Sequence record: MN715356
Reading direction: 5' to 3' (one strand)
DNA: 64,000 bases
From: Escherichia phage vB_EcoP_EcoN5
The notes beneath the pieces were generated by a model. The model was not told the DNA's origin, did no database searches, and saw nothing but the letters and a program-made list of their open reading frames with translations. Positions within the stretch are counted from its first letter, which is position 1. The number at the start of each line of letters is the position of its first letter. Below, one piece after another: positions 8,730 through 18,355 of this stretch. The translations under genes were made by a program, and so were the position numbers.

Positions 8730-10835
8730 ATGTCTAGAGAATTAATGCCCAAGTCTGGCATAATGATGCCTCATGTAGTTGTAACCAGAGATGCGGCTGT
8801 TGTTGGCGTTTCTACTGTAGATGGACAAGCAGGAGCTATTGACCTTACTGGAAAGTATTTGCAGAAAACCGATGCGGCTGCTACATACCAAACTAAAGCA
8901 GAAGGTGCATCTAAAGACTATGTATTAGATTCAATTCAACCTCTCATGTCTGGTGCTTTATTCAGAGCAGACCCTTGGGTTGTTAATGACACACCTTTCC
9001 GCTCTACTGGAGCTAATGGTGTAGAATCTGTGGATATGATGAAAGTTACCACTGATAACTCAATTAAGATTGGTAGTTATGCTTCCTCAGTTCAAGGTGT
9101 AGAGATTCACTCTGCTGGTCGTCTTCAAGTAGTAGACCAGAATGACTCTGGAGTAGAAACTAAGTATCCAGTTTATTCTAAACGATATCGTCCTGAGATT
9201 GAAGATTTACCTTTTGCGGCAATCGGTTCTTATGTTAAGGATTCTAAAGGTCGTACTATTGGTGTTACTCGTACTGGTATCAACTCTGATATCAAACAGC
9301 TTACTCAGAAAGTAACTTTTACCCAACCTGTTACTGTAGCAGATGCTGTAGGTGATTATGATGCAGTAACACTGAGGCAACTTCGTAACAGTGGTGGCGG
9401 TTCTGGTGGTCCTACCATGAGTGGTATCTCAAACTTTGGTATCGGTGATTTCCATCTTCGTGATAGTCGTGCTTTCATCCCCGCCTTCGAGGTTGTGTCG
9501 GATGGGCAGCTTTTAAATCGTGCTGATTATCCAGACCTGTGGGCTTATGCGCAATTGCTATCCCCAATTGAAGACTCTCTTTGGTTGTCTAATATCTATC
9601 AGAGGGGTAGGTATTCTACCGGAAACGGTACAACAACTTTCCGTGTTCCTGACCGAAATGGCATCCAAGAGGGGTCACTGAGAGCTTTATATGGTCGTGG
9701 TGATGGTGGTAATTCTGCTGCAAATGGTCAAGTGTTTGATTCTGCTGCACCGAATATCACATATTCGTCCCCTCACACAATGGTAACACTAGCCTCCATT
9801 CCGGGGCAGGTGGCGACTAACGGGGCAATTCAATCAATCACCTCTACAGACGATGTGGCTCCAGTGGGGGCTGGAGGTAAATACATATCCACAAACTTTG
9901 ACGCATCGCGTTCCAGTCCTATTTATGGTCGCTCCACTGAGGAGATTCTGACCCGTAACTTTGTTGGTGTTTGGACTATTCGTGCTCATGGTGGATTTAC
10001 TGCTGCTAATACTTCTTGGTCTGTTATTAACAGTGATGCGGTTTTGCCAAATACTGGAACTTCTATTAACGGCGGCTCTATCCTGTCTGAGTACAAAGTG
10101 GGCACAAATGTTGAAGGTTCTGCTTCATTCAAAATGGCAGGTGTGGTTGGGTCTGCCTATTCTGCCCGTATTACAGTTTCCAACAAAACTTCAGGAGATA
10201 GTAAAACTTTTGAGTTTTTAAGCAACGGAGATTTAAGTGTTCCGAGAGGTTTACTCACTTTAGAAGGCAATGTCGAAGCTAAAAGTCAACTGATATCCCG
10301 AGGGGGTCGGATAGTTCTTGTAGGCAATGAAGATCAAAGCCAATCTTTTATTGAATTTAACAGCAACAATGGCTATACTGTGTATGGGAGGCTTTACTCA
10401 GAGCGTGATGGTGACGTCACCCTATCAACATCTACATCCGGAACTAATCAAAAATATTTTCAATTTCTCAAGGACGGAAGTGCTACAAGCTCTGGAGGGT
10501 GGATCAACTCTTCTGATATCAGAATTAAAGAGAATGTTGAACCAATTAAAAACCCACTAGACAAAATGAGGAACATTAAAGGTGTTTCTTGGAAACTTAA
10601 AAACGGAGGGAAGGTAGGTTTTGGTTTTATAGCGCAAGATGTTGAAGTAGATTTCCCTGATGCGATTTCTGTTTCAGGTGATATGGAGATGGAAGACGGG
10701 TCTTTAGTGAAGGATGTGAAGTCTGTTAATACCTATGGTGTTGCAGCGGCTTTACACCACGAAGCTATTCTTGAACTTATGAAACAGATCGAAGAACTTA
10801 AGAAAGAGATAGCAGAACTTAAATCTGGTAAATAA
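8730..10835 (+). CDS. tail fibre/tailspike with C-terminal intramolecular chaperone (peptidase S74-like) domain
   Basis: C-terminal segment SSDIRIKENV...FGFIAQDVE...HHEAILELMKQIEELKKEIAELK resembles auto-cleaving chaperone domains of fibres/endosialidases; start moved to ATG 8730 after RBS GGAG. Confidence 0.5.
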   Translation: MSRELMPKSGIMMPHVVVTRDAAVVGVSTVDGQAGAIDLTGKYLQKTDAAATYQTKAEGASKDYVLDSIQPLMSGALFRADPWVVNDTPFRSTGANGVESVDMMKVTTDNSIKIGSYASSVQGVEIHSAGRLQVVDQNDSGVETKYPVYSKRYRPEIEDLPFAAIGSYVKDSKGRTIGVTRTGINSDIKQLTQKVTFTQPVTVADAVGDYDAVTLRQLRNSGGGSGGPTMSGISNFGIGDFHLRDSRAFIPAFEVVSDGQLLNRADYPDLWAYAQLLSPIEDSLWLSNIYQRGRYSTGNGTTTFRVPDRNGIQEGSLRALYGRGDGGNSAANGQVFDSAAPNITYSSPHTMVTLASIPGQVATNGAIQSITSTDDVAPVGAGGKYISTNFDASRSSPIYGRSTEEILTRNFVGVWTIRAHGGFTAANTSWSVINSDAVLPNTGTSINGGSILSEYKVGTNVEGSASFKMAGVVGSAYSARITVSNKTSGDSKTFEFLSNGDLSVPRGLLTLEGNVEAKSQLISRGGRIVLVGNEDQSQSFIEFNSNNGYTVYGRLYSERDGDVTLSTSTSGTNQKYFQFLKDGSATSSGGWINSSDIRIKENVEPIKNPLDKMRNIKGVSWKLKNGGKVGFGFIAQDVEVDFPDAISVSGDMEMEDGSLVKDVKSVNTYGVAAALHHEAILELMKQIEELKKEIAELKSGK

Positions 10836-10842
10836 TCTATTG

Positions 10843-10859
10843 CCCCTTCGGGGGCTTTA
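10843..10859 (+). terminator. intergenic hairpin (GCCCC-TTCG-GGGGC)
   Basis: GC stem with UUCG tetraloop immediately after fibre gene stop, followed by TTT. Confidence 0.35.
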
Positions 10860-10928
10860 GTAGTAACTGGAGCTAGTAAGTAATGAAACTAATATATCCC
10901 AAGAGGTTAATATATAGGAGACACTCAA

Positions 10929-11147
10929 ATGAAAATGATGAAACAAGCTGCATATGGTTTAATCTGTTTAGGTGCAGGTGTTGTGGTGTCAACCGCAGTT
11001 CCTGTAAGCGCAGTTCATCCATTAGTAACTATCCCTGCTCCGGTAGAGAAGCTTAGTTCTCAATGTAAGCAGCGAACCATTCAAAATAATCTAGTTGTTA
11101 TTTGTCCTGATGCTGAATCTAACGCTCTGAGAAAGATACTACCTTAA
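10929..11147 (+). CDS. small protein with N-terminal signal/transmembrane segment (possible holin or secreted accessory protein)
   Basis: 72 aa; hydrophobic N-terminus AAYGLICLGAGVVVSTAVPVSA; directly upstream of lysozyme gene. Confidence 0.4.
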   Translation: MKMMKQAAYGLICLGAGVVVSTAVPVSAVHPLVTIPAPVEKLSSQCKQRTIQNNLVVICPDAESNALRKILP

Positions 11148-11176
11148 TTTAAAGGGACCACAAAAGGAGGTTAGAA

Positions 11177-11668
11177 ATGGATAACGCCGCATTGCCACCT
11201 GTACAATTAAACTTAAGCCCAGCTGGAATGGAATTCATCATGAAGCATGAGGGTATGAGAACCAAGGCTTATAAAGATTCCGCAGGTATCTGGACTATAT
11301 GTGTAGGGGCTACGCGCGATATGAATGGTTATCCGGTTAGACAAGGATTAACGTATTCTATAGAGGATTGTCTAGCTCTGCTAGATAGAGACACACAAGA
11401 CTCTGTTCGTGCTACTCAGAAGAACATAAAGGTTCCTTTACTAGTTCATGAGTTTGATGCACTCACTTCTTTCAACTTCAATGTTGGCAGTGGAGCTTTG
11501 AGCACATCTAAGTTAAGGAAGGTTATCAATGGAGATGTTAAGGGAGATGTTTATTCCGAATTTCTTCGTTGGGATAAAATAACGGTCAAGGGAGAGAAGC
11601 AGAGAAGTCAGGGTCTTCATAATAGAAGAGTTGCAGAAGCTAATCTTTACACCGAAGGTAAATATTAA
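11177..11668 (+). CDS. lysozyme (T4-lysozyme-like glycoside hydrolase family 24)
   Basis: N-terminal catalytic pattern FIMKHEG...AYKDSAGIWTICVGAT matches the E/D/T triad spacing of GH24 lysozymes. Confidence 0.65.
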   Translation: MDNAALPPVQLNLSPAGMEFIMKHEGMRTKAYKDSAGIWTICVGATRDMNGYPVRQGLTYSIEDCLALLDRDTQDSVRATQKNIKVPLLVHEFDALTSFNFNVGSGALSTSKLRKVINGDVKGDVYSEFLRWDKITVKGEKQRSQGLHNRRVAEANLYTEGKY

Positions 11669-11680
11669 TGGAGGTGCCTT

Positions 11681-12484
11681 TTGGCTATCGAAACTAATGC
11701 GGTAGTTATTACCGATTTAAACCCACTCTATCCTAGAGACAGGGATTACATCTACGAAGGGGCGGCTCAAATCCGCCTCATTAAACAAACGTTACAGAAC
11801 ACATTCCCCAATGTCACAGAGCCAGTTGATATTGATTCTGATACTTTTAAGATTATGTCAGAGAAGCTCAAGTTTACTGGTGATGCAATGGATGTTGGTG
11901 GTCTTATGATCAAGAATGTTACTCCGGGAACTGGTGACAAGGACGTTGTTACTAAAGGTCAGATGGAAGCGTTCATGAAGAACTGGATGGAGAATAAGCT
12001 CTATCGAATTGGCTCTTACTACATCACTGAAGAAGATATTAACCCCGGTGATTCTATCTCCTTAGGGTTTGGCTCTTGGGCTAAAGTGACTGGTGTTATC
12101 ATGGGTACTGGTGTTGTAAACCCTGATGGCTCTGTTCCTAATGCTCAGAGAGTTGAGTTCCAAGCAGGCGGTACAGGTGGTCGTGTCTTCAATACTATTC
12201 GTACAGAGAACGTACCTTTGATGACAGTTAACGGCTCTAGCTTCTCCTTATCAAGCAACACTCATAGTCACAACATGGTATTTGGTCGTGGAGATGCTAG
12301 TGGTCACAACAGCTCACCTAACTGGTATAGCCCGGGTGGTGGTTACAGTCAGAGAACTGAGAATGACACACATACTCATACAATCTCTGGTAGTGTGAGT
12401 CTTGGTCGTGATGATATCTCTCGTCAACCTATTAACACTTTGCCACCATTCAGAGCAGCTCACATTTGGAGACGTATTAGCTAA
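11681..12484 (+). CDS. tail fibre protein with tail-collar-like C-terminal region
   Basis: 267 aa, Gly-rich; C-terminal LPPFRAAHIWRRI resembles phage tail-collar domains. Confidence 0.4.
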   Translation: MAIETNAVVITDLNPLYPRDRDYIYEGAAQIRLIKQTLQNTFPNVTEPVDIDSDTFKIMSEKLKFTGDAMDVGGLMIKNVTPGTGDKDVVTKGQMEAFMKNWMENKLYRIGSYYITEEDINPGDSISLGFGSWAKVTGVIMGTGVVNPDGSVPNAQRVEFQAGGTGGRVFNTIRTENVPLMTVNGSSFSLSSNTHSHNMVFGRGDASGHNSSPNWYSPGGGYSQRTENDTHTHTISGSVSLGRDDISRQPINTLPPFRAAHIWRRIS

Positions 12485-12493
12485 GGAGGAATT

Positions 12494-15400
12494 ATGGCGC
12501 TGTATCCAATAAAGTCGTTAGGTGCTGTAGGCGTTATCGCTGATCAGGCTCCTACAGACTTAGCTCCTAATGCTTTCACTAATGCTATAAATGCTCGATT
12601 TGTTGAGCAGAGAGTATTTAAGACGGGGGGCAATGCCCCTCTTTCTTATGTAGATGAAGATAAGGATTTAACCCCTCTGTCTTTCGTTTCTATGCCTTTC
12701 GATTATTATAGCGCAGGTAATAGCTTTCTTGTTGTAGGTACAGATAAGAAGTTATATAAACTGACAGATGAAAGCTTGACTGATATTAGCCGTAAGGTTG
12801 CTACAGTCACTAAGAAGGCTTCTGCCTCAATTAAGATTTATCCAGTTGTTTCTCAGATTGTTCCTAAAGAATCAACTATCTCAATGAACTTCAATCAGAC
12901 CAAGAATCTAGAGGTTTCTCTTCTCCCTTCTGATGCTAACAATACTGATCTTGTTTGGGAGGTTAGTAACTCATCCTATGGAAGTATTACGGTAGACCCT
13001 AGTGACTCTAAACTTGCTACTCTAACATCTTTTGAGAAAGAGGGTAATCTTGTAGTAACTATCTCTACTGCAAATGAGTCCGTAGTGGCTCAGATTGCTG
13101 TTAATATCATCGATGGTGATTCAGGCATCTTCTTGAGTCAAGATACTGTTACAATTCGTAAAGGAGGGACTACTACTCTCACGGCTGTTACTGGAAAGAC
13201 CCCTGTAACTTGGTCCAGCAATAACGCTTCTATTGTATCTGTAACCCCTAACGCCAATTCTCTAACTGCTGTAATTACAGCGAATGGAGAAGGTAATGTA
13301 ACAATCACTGCTGATAACGGAACTAAGACTGCTTCTTGTGAGATTGTTTCTATCCCTCAGATTGATAGTATCTCTTTAAGCCAGTCAGATGTTACTGTGA
13401 GCAGAGGTTCTCAGTATATCTTAACTGCTACCCTTTCTCCTGCTAACGCTCCTAATCAAAATATTACTTGGACCTCTTCTAATCCAAATATTGCAACAGT
13501 ATCAGGGACTAGCACACAAGGGACAGTAAATGCTTTACTCGCTGGCTTTACTGAGATTACAGCTACCACTGAAGAAGGCAACAGGGTTGCTGTCTGTACT
13601 GTACGGGTAGACTTAGCTGGTAGGACTATGAGAACAAGTGCTATGGCATTTGCTGATCCTGTGTCAGAGCCAGTAGAATCTCAAGAGGAAGAAGTAGTAA
13701 CTCCTTCTGAAAGTGAAGAGACGGTTTATTTTGCTGAGCCTACATCCGGTATCGATACGTCAGGGATGTACGAAGGTAATAACTTCTATGACTACTCTAA
13801 CGTGAATGACATTGAAGGTTTTGCAAGAGCTTCTTTAATGGCAACTCCTTTGTCATCCGTAACCTTAGATGTTGTCAGCGCTTCTCTCGATGTTGGTGAG
13901 GAAATAGTTATTACAGCTACAGCTTCCCCAGAAGGTGATTATTCTTATCAGTGGTCTGTTGATAAGACTGGTTATGTTTCTACAACTTCAGTTACTGGTA
14001 AATCTGTCAAACTGGTTGCTCTTCGTAAAGGAGAGATTAACGTAACATGTACTGTCAGTCAAATGACTCAGAAAGATTATGATGCTTTTGATGACTACCC
14101 TTGGTATCATGCTGTAATTTCTAACTGTGCAGTTGCTACAACCCACTATGAAACTCCTCAGGTAAAAGAATTCGAATCAGAATACTTTGTAGACCTTCCG
14201 GGATGGGGTGAGCAAACAGTTGTTGATAATGACGGAAACCCTTCAGTTAAGAAGTTTAACTGGAAATGTGAGAGAGTGAGATCTTTTAACAACCGTCTTT
14301 TTGCTCTGAATATGAGAGAGGCTAATGCTTCTGGTGTTACCACTAACTACCCGCTTCGTCTTCGTTGGTCTAACTTTGCCAATGAGAATAAGGCTCCTAC
14401 ACTGTGGGATGACTTTGCCTATGATCGAGTTGTGTCTTCGGACTTAGCTTCTAACATCGTAGGGCAGACTCAGGCTCTAGAGAATGGGTATGCTGGTTAC
14501 ATCGACTTAGCAGATTCTAATGGTAGCTTGATTGATATCCTACCTCTTAAAGATTACTTGTTCGTTTATACAGAGTTTGAAACGTATATTGGTTCTCCGA
14601 CTAATAACACATACCAACCCCTGATGTTCAAGAAACTCTTTAACGACTCTGGTATCCTTGCTCCTGAGTGTGTGGTTGAAGTAGAAGGTAGTCACTTCGT
14701 AGTTACTCAGAACGATGTAATCTTACACAACGGTGCAACCAAGAAGTCAATTGCATCTAACCGTGTCAAGAACATGCTGATTAACGAGGTGTGTCTGGTT
14801 AACCCTCTAGCAACTCGAGTTCACTTACATCAGGATAAGAAAGAAGTTTGGGTTCTCTATGTAGGTCCGGGAGAGCCGAAAGAAAGCTTCGCTTGCACTA
14901 AAGCTGCTGTATGGAACTATGAGTTTGATACTTGGTCTTTCCGTACTATCCCTTATGCTCAGTGTATCGGTCTAGTTGATCCTCCTGTTTTAGAGAGAGG
15001 TCCAATCTGGTCTGATTTCCAAGAGATCACTTGGGATGACCCATCTATCAAAGAGCTTGTTTGGAGAAAGGATGCAACAAACTTTAGACAGAGGGTTACG
15101 ATAGTAGGTTCGTTCTTGAGGGGATTCTACCAAGTGGATGTAGGTGCTCTTGATTATTTCTATGATAGGTTAAATGATGTTGTTATAGAGAAGCCTCTGG
15201 AAATGAGGTTGGAGAGAACTGGCATAGATTTTGATAATGTGACGAATGAGTGGAATCAGAAGCATATTAACAGATTCCGTCCTCAGACAACTGGCTCAGG
15301 TACTTATATCTTTGAAGCTGGAGGTAGTCAATTCTCAAATGAATATGGACACCCACACACATCTAAGACTTATACAATTGGTGTTGACAGGCATGTCTCG

Positions 15401-15511
15401 GTGAGACTGAACCATCCATACCTTTTCTATAATGTTATAGATAATGATGTTAACAGTAATGCCGCTATCAATGGTTTAACGATAGAGTTTGCTGTTGGCG
15501 GGCGGAGATAA
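12494..15511 (+). CDS. large tail protein with tandem Big_2-type Ig-like domains (receptor-binding/tailspike candidate)
   Basis: 1005 aa; several about 80-aa segments with Big_2-like pattern (e.g. ITWTSSNPNIATVSGTSTQGTVNALLAGFTEITATTEEGNRVAVCTVRV). Confidence 0.5.
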   Translation: MALYPIKSLGAVGVIADQAPTDLAPNAFTNAINARFVEQRVFKTGGNAPLSYVDEDKDLTPLSFVSMPFDYYSAGNSFLVVGTDKKLYKLTDESLTDISRKVATVTKKASASIKIYPVVSQIVPKESTISMNFNQTKNLEVSLLPSDANNTDLVWEVSNSSYGSITVDPSDSKLATLTSFEKEGNLVVTISTANESVVAQIAVNIIDGDSGIFLSQDTVTIRKGGTTTLTAVTGKTPVTWSSNNASIVSVTPNANSLTAVITANGEGNVTITADNGTKTASCEIVSIPQIDSISLSQSDVTVSRGSQYILTATLSPANAPNQNITWTSSNPNIATVSGTSTQGTVNALLAGFTEITATTEEGNRVAVCTVRVDLAGRTMRTSAMAFADPVSEPVESQEEEVVTPSESEETVYFAEPTSGIDTSGMYEGNNFYDYSNVNDIEGFARASLMATPLSSVTLDVVSASLDVGEEIVITATASPEGDYSYQWSVDKTGYVSTTSVTGKSVKLVALRKGEINVTCTVSQMTQKDYDAFDDYPWYHAVISNCAVATTHYETPQVKEFESEYFVDLPGWGEQTVVDNDGNPSVKKFNWKCERVRSFNNRLFALNMREANASGVTTNYPLRLRWSNFANENKAPTLWDDFAYDRVVSSDLASNIVGQTQALENGYAGYIDLADSNGSLIDILPLKDYLFVYTEFETYIGSPTNNTYQPLMFKKLFNDSGILAPECVVEVEGSHFVVTQNDVILHNGATKKSIASNRVKNMLINEVCLVNPLATRVHLHQDKKEVWVLYVGPGEPKESFACTKAAVWNYEFDTWSFRTIPYAQCIGLVDPPVLERGPIWSDFQEITWDDPSIKELVWRKDATNFRQRVTIVGSFLRGFYQVDVGALDYFYDRLNDVVIEKPLEMRLERTGIDFDNVTNEWNQKHINRFRPQTTGSGTYIFEAGGSQFSNEYGHPHTSKTYTIGVDRHVSVRLNHPYLFYNVIDNDVNSNAAINGLTIEFAVGGRR

Positions 15512-15515
15512 CAAC

Positions 15516-15545
15516 AAGGGGCTTCGTGCCCCTTTTATTGTTTTG
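15516..15545 (+). terminator. rho-independent terminator (AAGGGGC-TTCGT-GCCCCTT + U-rich)
   Basis: Perfect 7-bp stem, UUCG-type loop, followed by TTATTGTTTT; directly after stop of 1005-aa gene. Confidence 0.55.
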
Positions 15546-15554
15546 GAGGAACTT

Positions 15555-16523
15555 ATGGGTGCAGGTGGTTTTCGTAAGAACACTGGTCGCAACAATACCA
15601 CACTCCCGTACAACGTTGGGTTTCTCAATAATGTACAGGACACAGAAACATATAACGTAGCCGTATATGATGAGCTACAAAAAGTCAGTACAGCTACTAA
15701 CCAAATGTTCCAAGCTATTGACGAGATTCACGATGAGATTGATGTTCGTATCAAAGCTCTTCATGCTATGAACCTACAATTCGATGAGCTTGAGAATAGA
15801 ATTACTACAGAGATAGAGACAGCTATTGCCGATATCCAAACACAGATGGGGAACCTCTCCACTGAAGATATTTGGGATAATTCTGTTCAACCTCCTGTAA
15901 AATTAGAAAGCACTGTATCTGGCTTTAAGACGAGTATTGAAGGTAACACAACTAAGATTCAAACGGTAGAAGGTATTGTCAACGACCAAGGTCAAGAGAT
16001 TGCTTTAGTTCAGACAGAGATTCAAAATATTAATGGAAGCCTCTCTCAGTATATGAAACTTTCCGAGTATGAAGCTACGTGGGGTGTTAACTCTACAGTC
16101 AACGGAAGATATGCTGGGGTCAAGTTAACTAACAACGGAACAAACAGCCAATTCCAAGTAACAGCTAACAAATTTATTGTTGGTGATGGCAACTCTGGTA
16201 ACACTCCCTTCGTGTTTGAGGGTGGTAGAGCTAGGATGGAGTTCGCTGACATAAAGAACGTCAACATCACAACAGCTCAGATTGCCAACGCCAGAATCCA
16301 ATGGGCACAGATTGATAACGTATCTATCTCCAATGCTCAGATTCAGAATTTATCAGCGGATAAAATCACTGCTGGTTCTATGTGGGGTTCTAACTGGAGA
16401 CTTACTGTTGGGGGTGACTTTGTTATGGGCGGTACAGGTGGGGCACAATTGTGGATGAATGGTAACAGAATAGATTTCTATGATGGAAGTGGTGCTCTAA
16501 GAATCAGAATAGGGAGTTGGTAA
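15555..16523 (+). CDS. tail fibre-like protein
   Basis: Start moved to ATG 15555 (RBS GGAGGA) because ORF-track start 15489 overlaps the terminator; repeats such as TAQIANARIQWAQIDNVSISNAQIQNLSADKITAG. Confidence 0.45.
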   Translation: MGAGGFRKNTGRNNTTLPYNVGFLNNVQDTETYNVAVYDELQKVSTATNQMFQAIDEIHDEIDVRIKALHAMNLQFDELENRITTEIETAIADIQTQMGNLSTEDIWDNSVQPPVKLESTVSGFKTSIEGNTTKIQTVEGIVNDQGQEIALVQTEIQNINGSLSQYMKLSEYEATWGVNSTVNGRYAGVKLTNNGTNSQFQVTANKFIVGDGNSGNTPFVFEGGRARMEFADIKNVNITTAQIANARIQWAQIDNVSISNAQIQNLSADKITAGSMWGSNWRLTVGGDFVMGGTGGAQLWMNGNRIDFYDGSGALRIRIGSW

Positions 16524-16524
16524 T

Positions 16525-17544
16525 ATGGCATATGGAATATGGTGTCAACCAGTAGGTCCGGGGCCGGCTGCCCCTGCCTCTCTTTTTATAGATAGTAATC
16601 TAACATTTCCACAATACCTAGGGGCATACAGTATATCCCCTTCGTGGAGTGCTAGAAATGCTTCATTTAACGTTGGCTCTTTTGATGGTCAAGGTGAGTT
16701 GTTAATTGTCCCAACCAGTAGACTTATTCAAGATTATTATGTAGGTACAGATTTAATGCCTAGTTTTAGTTATGTAACAGGTATAGGAACTTCTGGACAA
16801 ACAGTAAACATCAATATAGAACCTGCTGGGGCTAGTGGTAATAACAACAGAAATTTCCCAATGTCATTCCAAGCATATAAACTCTGGCCTAGAGGTAATA
16901 GAAGTTATGGAATAACTTTCTCCAATTCAGCGGATTTCTTTTCTATCTCTGATAGTGGGGTTGTTGGTCAGTGTGTTTGGGCGTACAGAGGGGCTGTAGG
17001 GGATGGTTTTACTGTTCCTAATGCTGGGCCTAATGCTCTTGTGTTTGCCAATTGGAATCAGGGTGGGGTGTGTGCTTCTTACAATGCAAGTAATGGTCAA
17101 ATGATTATAACCCACAATAGGTCGAATCAGTCCGGCAGTAACAGAGGTGCAGTAATAAATGATATGAGAATTGCTGTTTTTGCTAGTGGGGTAGGTGTAC
17201 CGGAACATAATGGAGGTTTGAATATTTATTCTCCTGGGACAACCACTTGTGTATTCTCTACTTACAGGACTCCTTTTGCTATCAGTAGGTTCTTCCCGTC
17301 AAGTGGGGGTGGTACAGGTCTAGGTATTCCTATGATGTGTATGAACGTTACCAACGGAGCTATAACAGCGCAAGGTGGTGGGTGGATGTGGGTTCACGAA
17401 AGATCTCATACAATGAGTGGTACATCGGTGGGAACAGGCTTTGGCCCACTCGTGGCTAACTGGACTGACCAATACCCAATCAATGTTAACATAAACCTAG
17501 GATTCAATTACCCAATGTTGGAAGGTTCTTTAATTTATGCATAA
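16525..17544 (+). CDS. hypothetical virion/tail protein
   Basis: 339-aa ORF in structural operon, Gly/Asn-rich beta-type composition. Confidence 0.4.
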   Translation: MAYGIWCQPVGPGPAAPASLFIDSNLTFPQYLGAYSISPSWSARNASFNVGSFDGQGELLIVPTSRLIQDYYVGTDLMPSFSYVTGIGTSGQTVNINIEPAGASGNNNRNFPMSFQAYKLWPRGNRSYGITFSNSADFFSISDSGVVGQCVWAYRGAVGDGFTVPNAGPNALVFANWNQGGVCASYNASNGQMIITHNRSNQSGSNRGAVINDMRIAVFASGVGVPEHNGGLNIYSPGTTTCVFSTYRTPFAISRFFPSSGGGTGLGIPMMCMNVTNGAITAQGGGWMWVHERSHTMSGTSVGTGFGPLVANWTDQYPINVNINLGFNYPMLEGSLIYA

Positions 17545-17553
17545 GGAGATATT

Positions 17554-18336
17554 ATGGCAATTAGAATGGGTATCGAAGAACTAGACCCAATGGTACAGCA
17601 AGCTTCAAAGAAGTATGGTATTCCTGCTGCTTTGATTCATGCTGTAATCCAAAGAGAGTCTAGTGGTCGTCCTACAGTGGCCTCTGGAACTGGTCCTGTA
17701 GGTCTAATGCAGATCAGTAAAGGGTTGGCTAAAGACTATGGATACAAACTAGAAGATAGACTGGACCCAGCAAAGAATATTGACATGGGTGCTCGTTATA
17801 TCAGAGATAACTTAAAAGCTTTTAATGGTGATGTTAAGAAAGCAATGGTTGGTTACTCGGAAGGTATAGGCGGTGCTAAGCAGATGTTCGCTGGTAAAAG
17901 AGGGTTTACCCCTCAAGCCCTTGACTCAATGAATAACAAACACTTTCTCCCTTTCTATGGTGATGCAGCTTCTCAGATTGCTAATCCAATTGGAGCTTTA
18001 CAAGCTGTTCAACCAATAGATCAGTTTAATCCAGAAAACCTAAATAGAGAGAAGGCTGCACAAGCTCCAACTCAGGCAGAGATTGCTGCTTCTAAGACAG
18101 GTGCTTTAGGTGGTAATCCAGTAGAGTTCTACTCTGATGAAGTTCAGGAAGGTGAAGATCAGAAGCCTCAACAGAACTTTGGTAATGCAGTATTAGGAGT
18201 AGCTGCTATGCTTGCTGGTAAACCTCCCACCTCTCAAACAGTTCAGAGGGCAAGTGCACCACATGCAGCAGGTTCTCAGTACAGCCCACAAACACAAGCA
18301 GTGCTCAGACGTTTGGCTAGCATTGGTGTAAAGTAA
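17554..18336 (+). CDS. lytic transglycosylase (SLT domain) virion protein
   Basis: N-terminal motif IQRESSGRP...GLMQISKGLAKDYGY matches the ES...GLMQ...Y active-site signature of SLT-type transglycosylases. Confidence 0.6.
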   Translation: MAIRMGIEELDPMVQQASKKYGIPAALIHAVIQRESSGRPTVASGTGPVGLMQISKGLAKDYGYKLEDRLDPAKNIDMGARYIRDNLKAFNGDVKKAMVGYSEGIGGAKQMFAGKRGFTPQALDSMNNKHFLPFYGDAASQIANPIGALQAVQPIDQFNPENLNREKAAQAPTQAEIAASKTGALGGNPVEFYSDEVQEGEDQKPQQNFGNAVLGVAAMLAGKPPTSQTVQRASAPHAAGSQYSPQTQAVLRRLASIGVK

Positions 18337-18355
18337 TAATCTTTAAGGAGGACTT

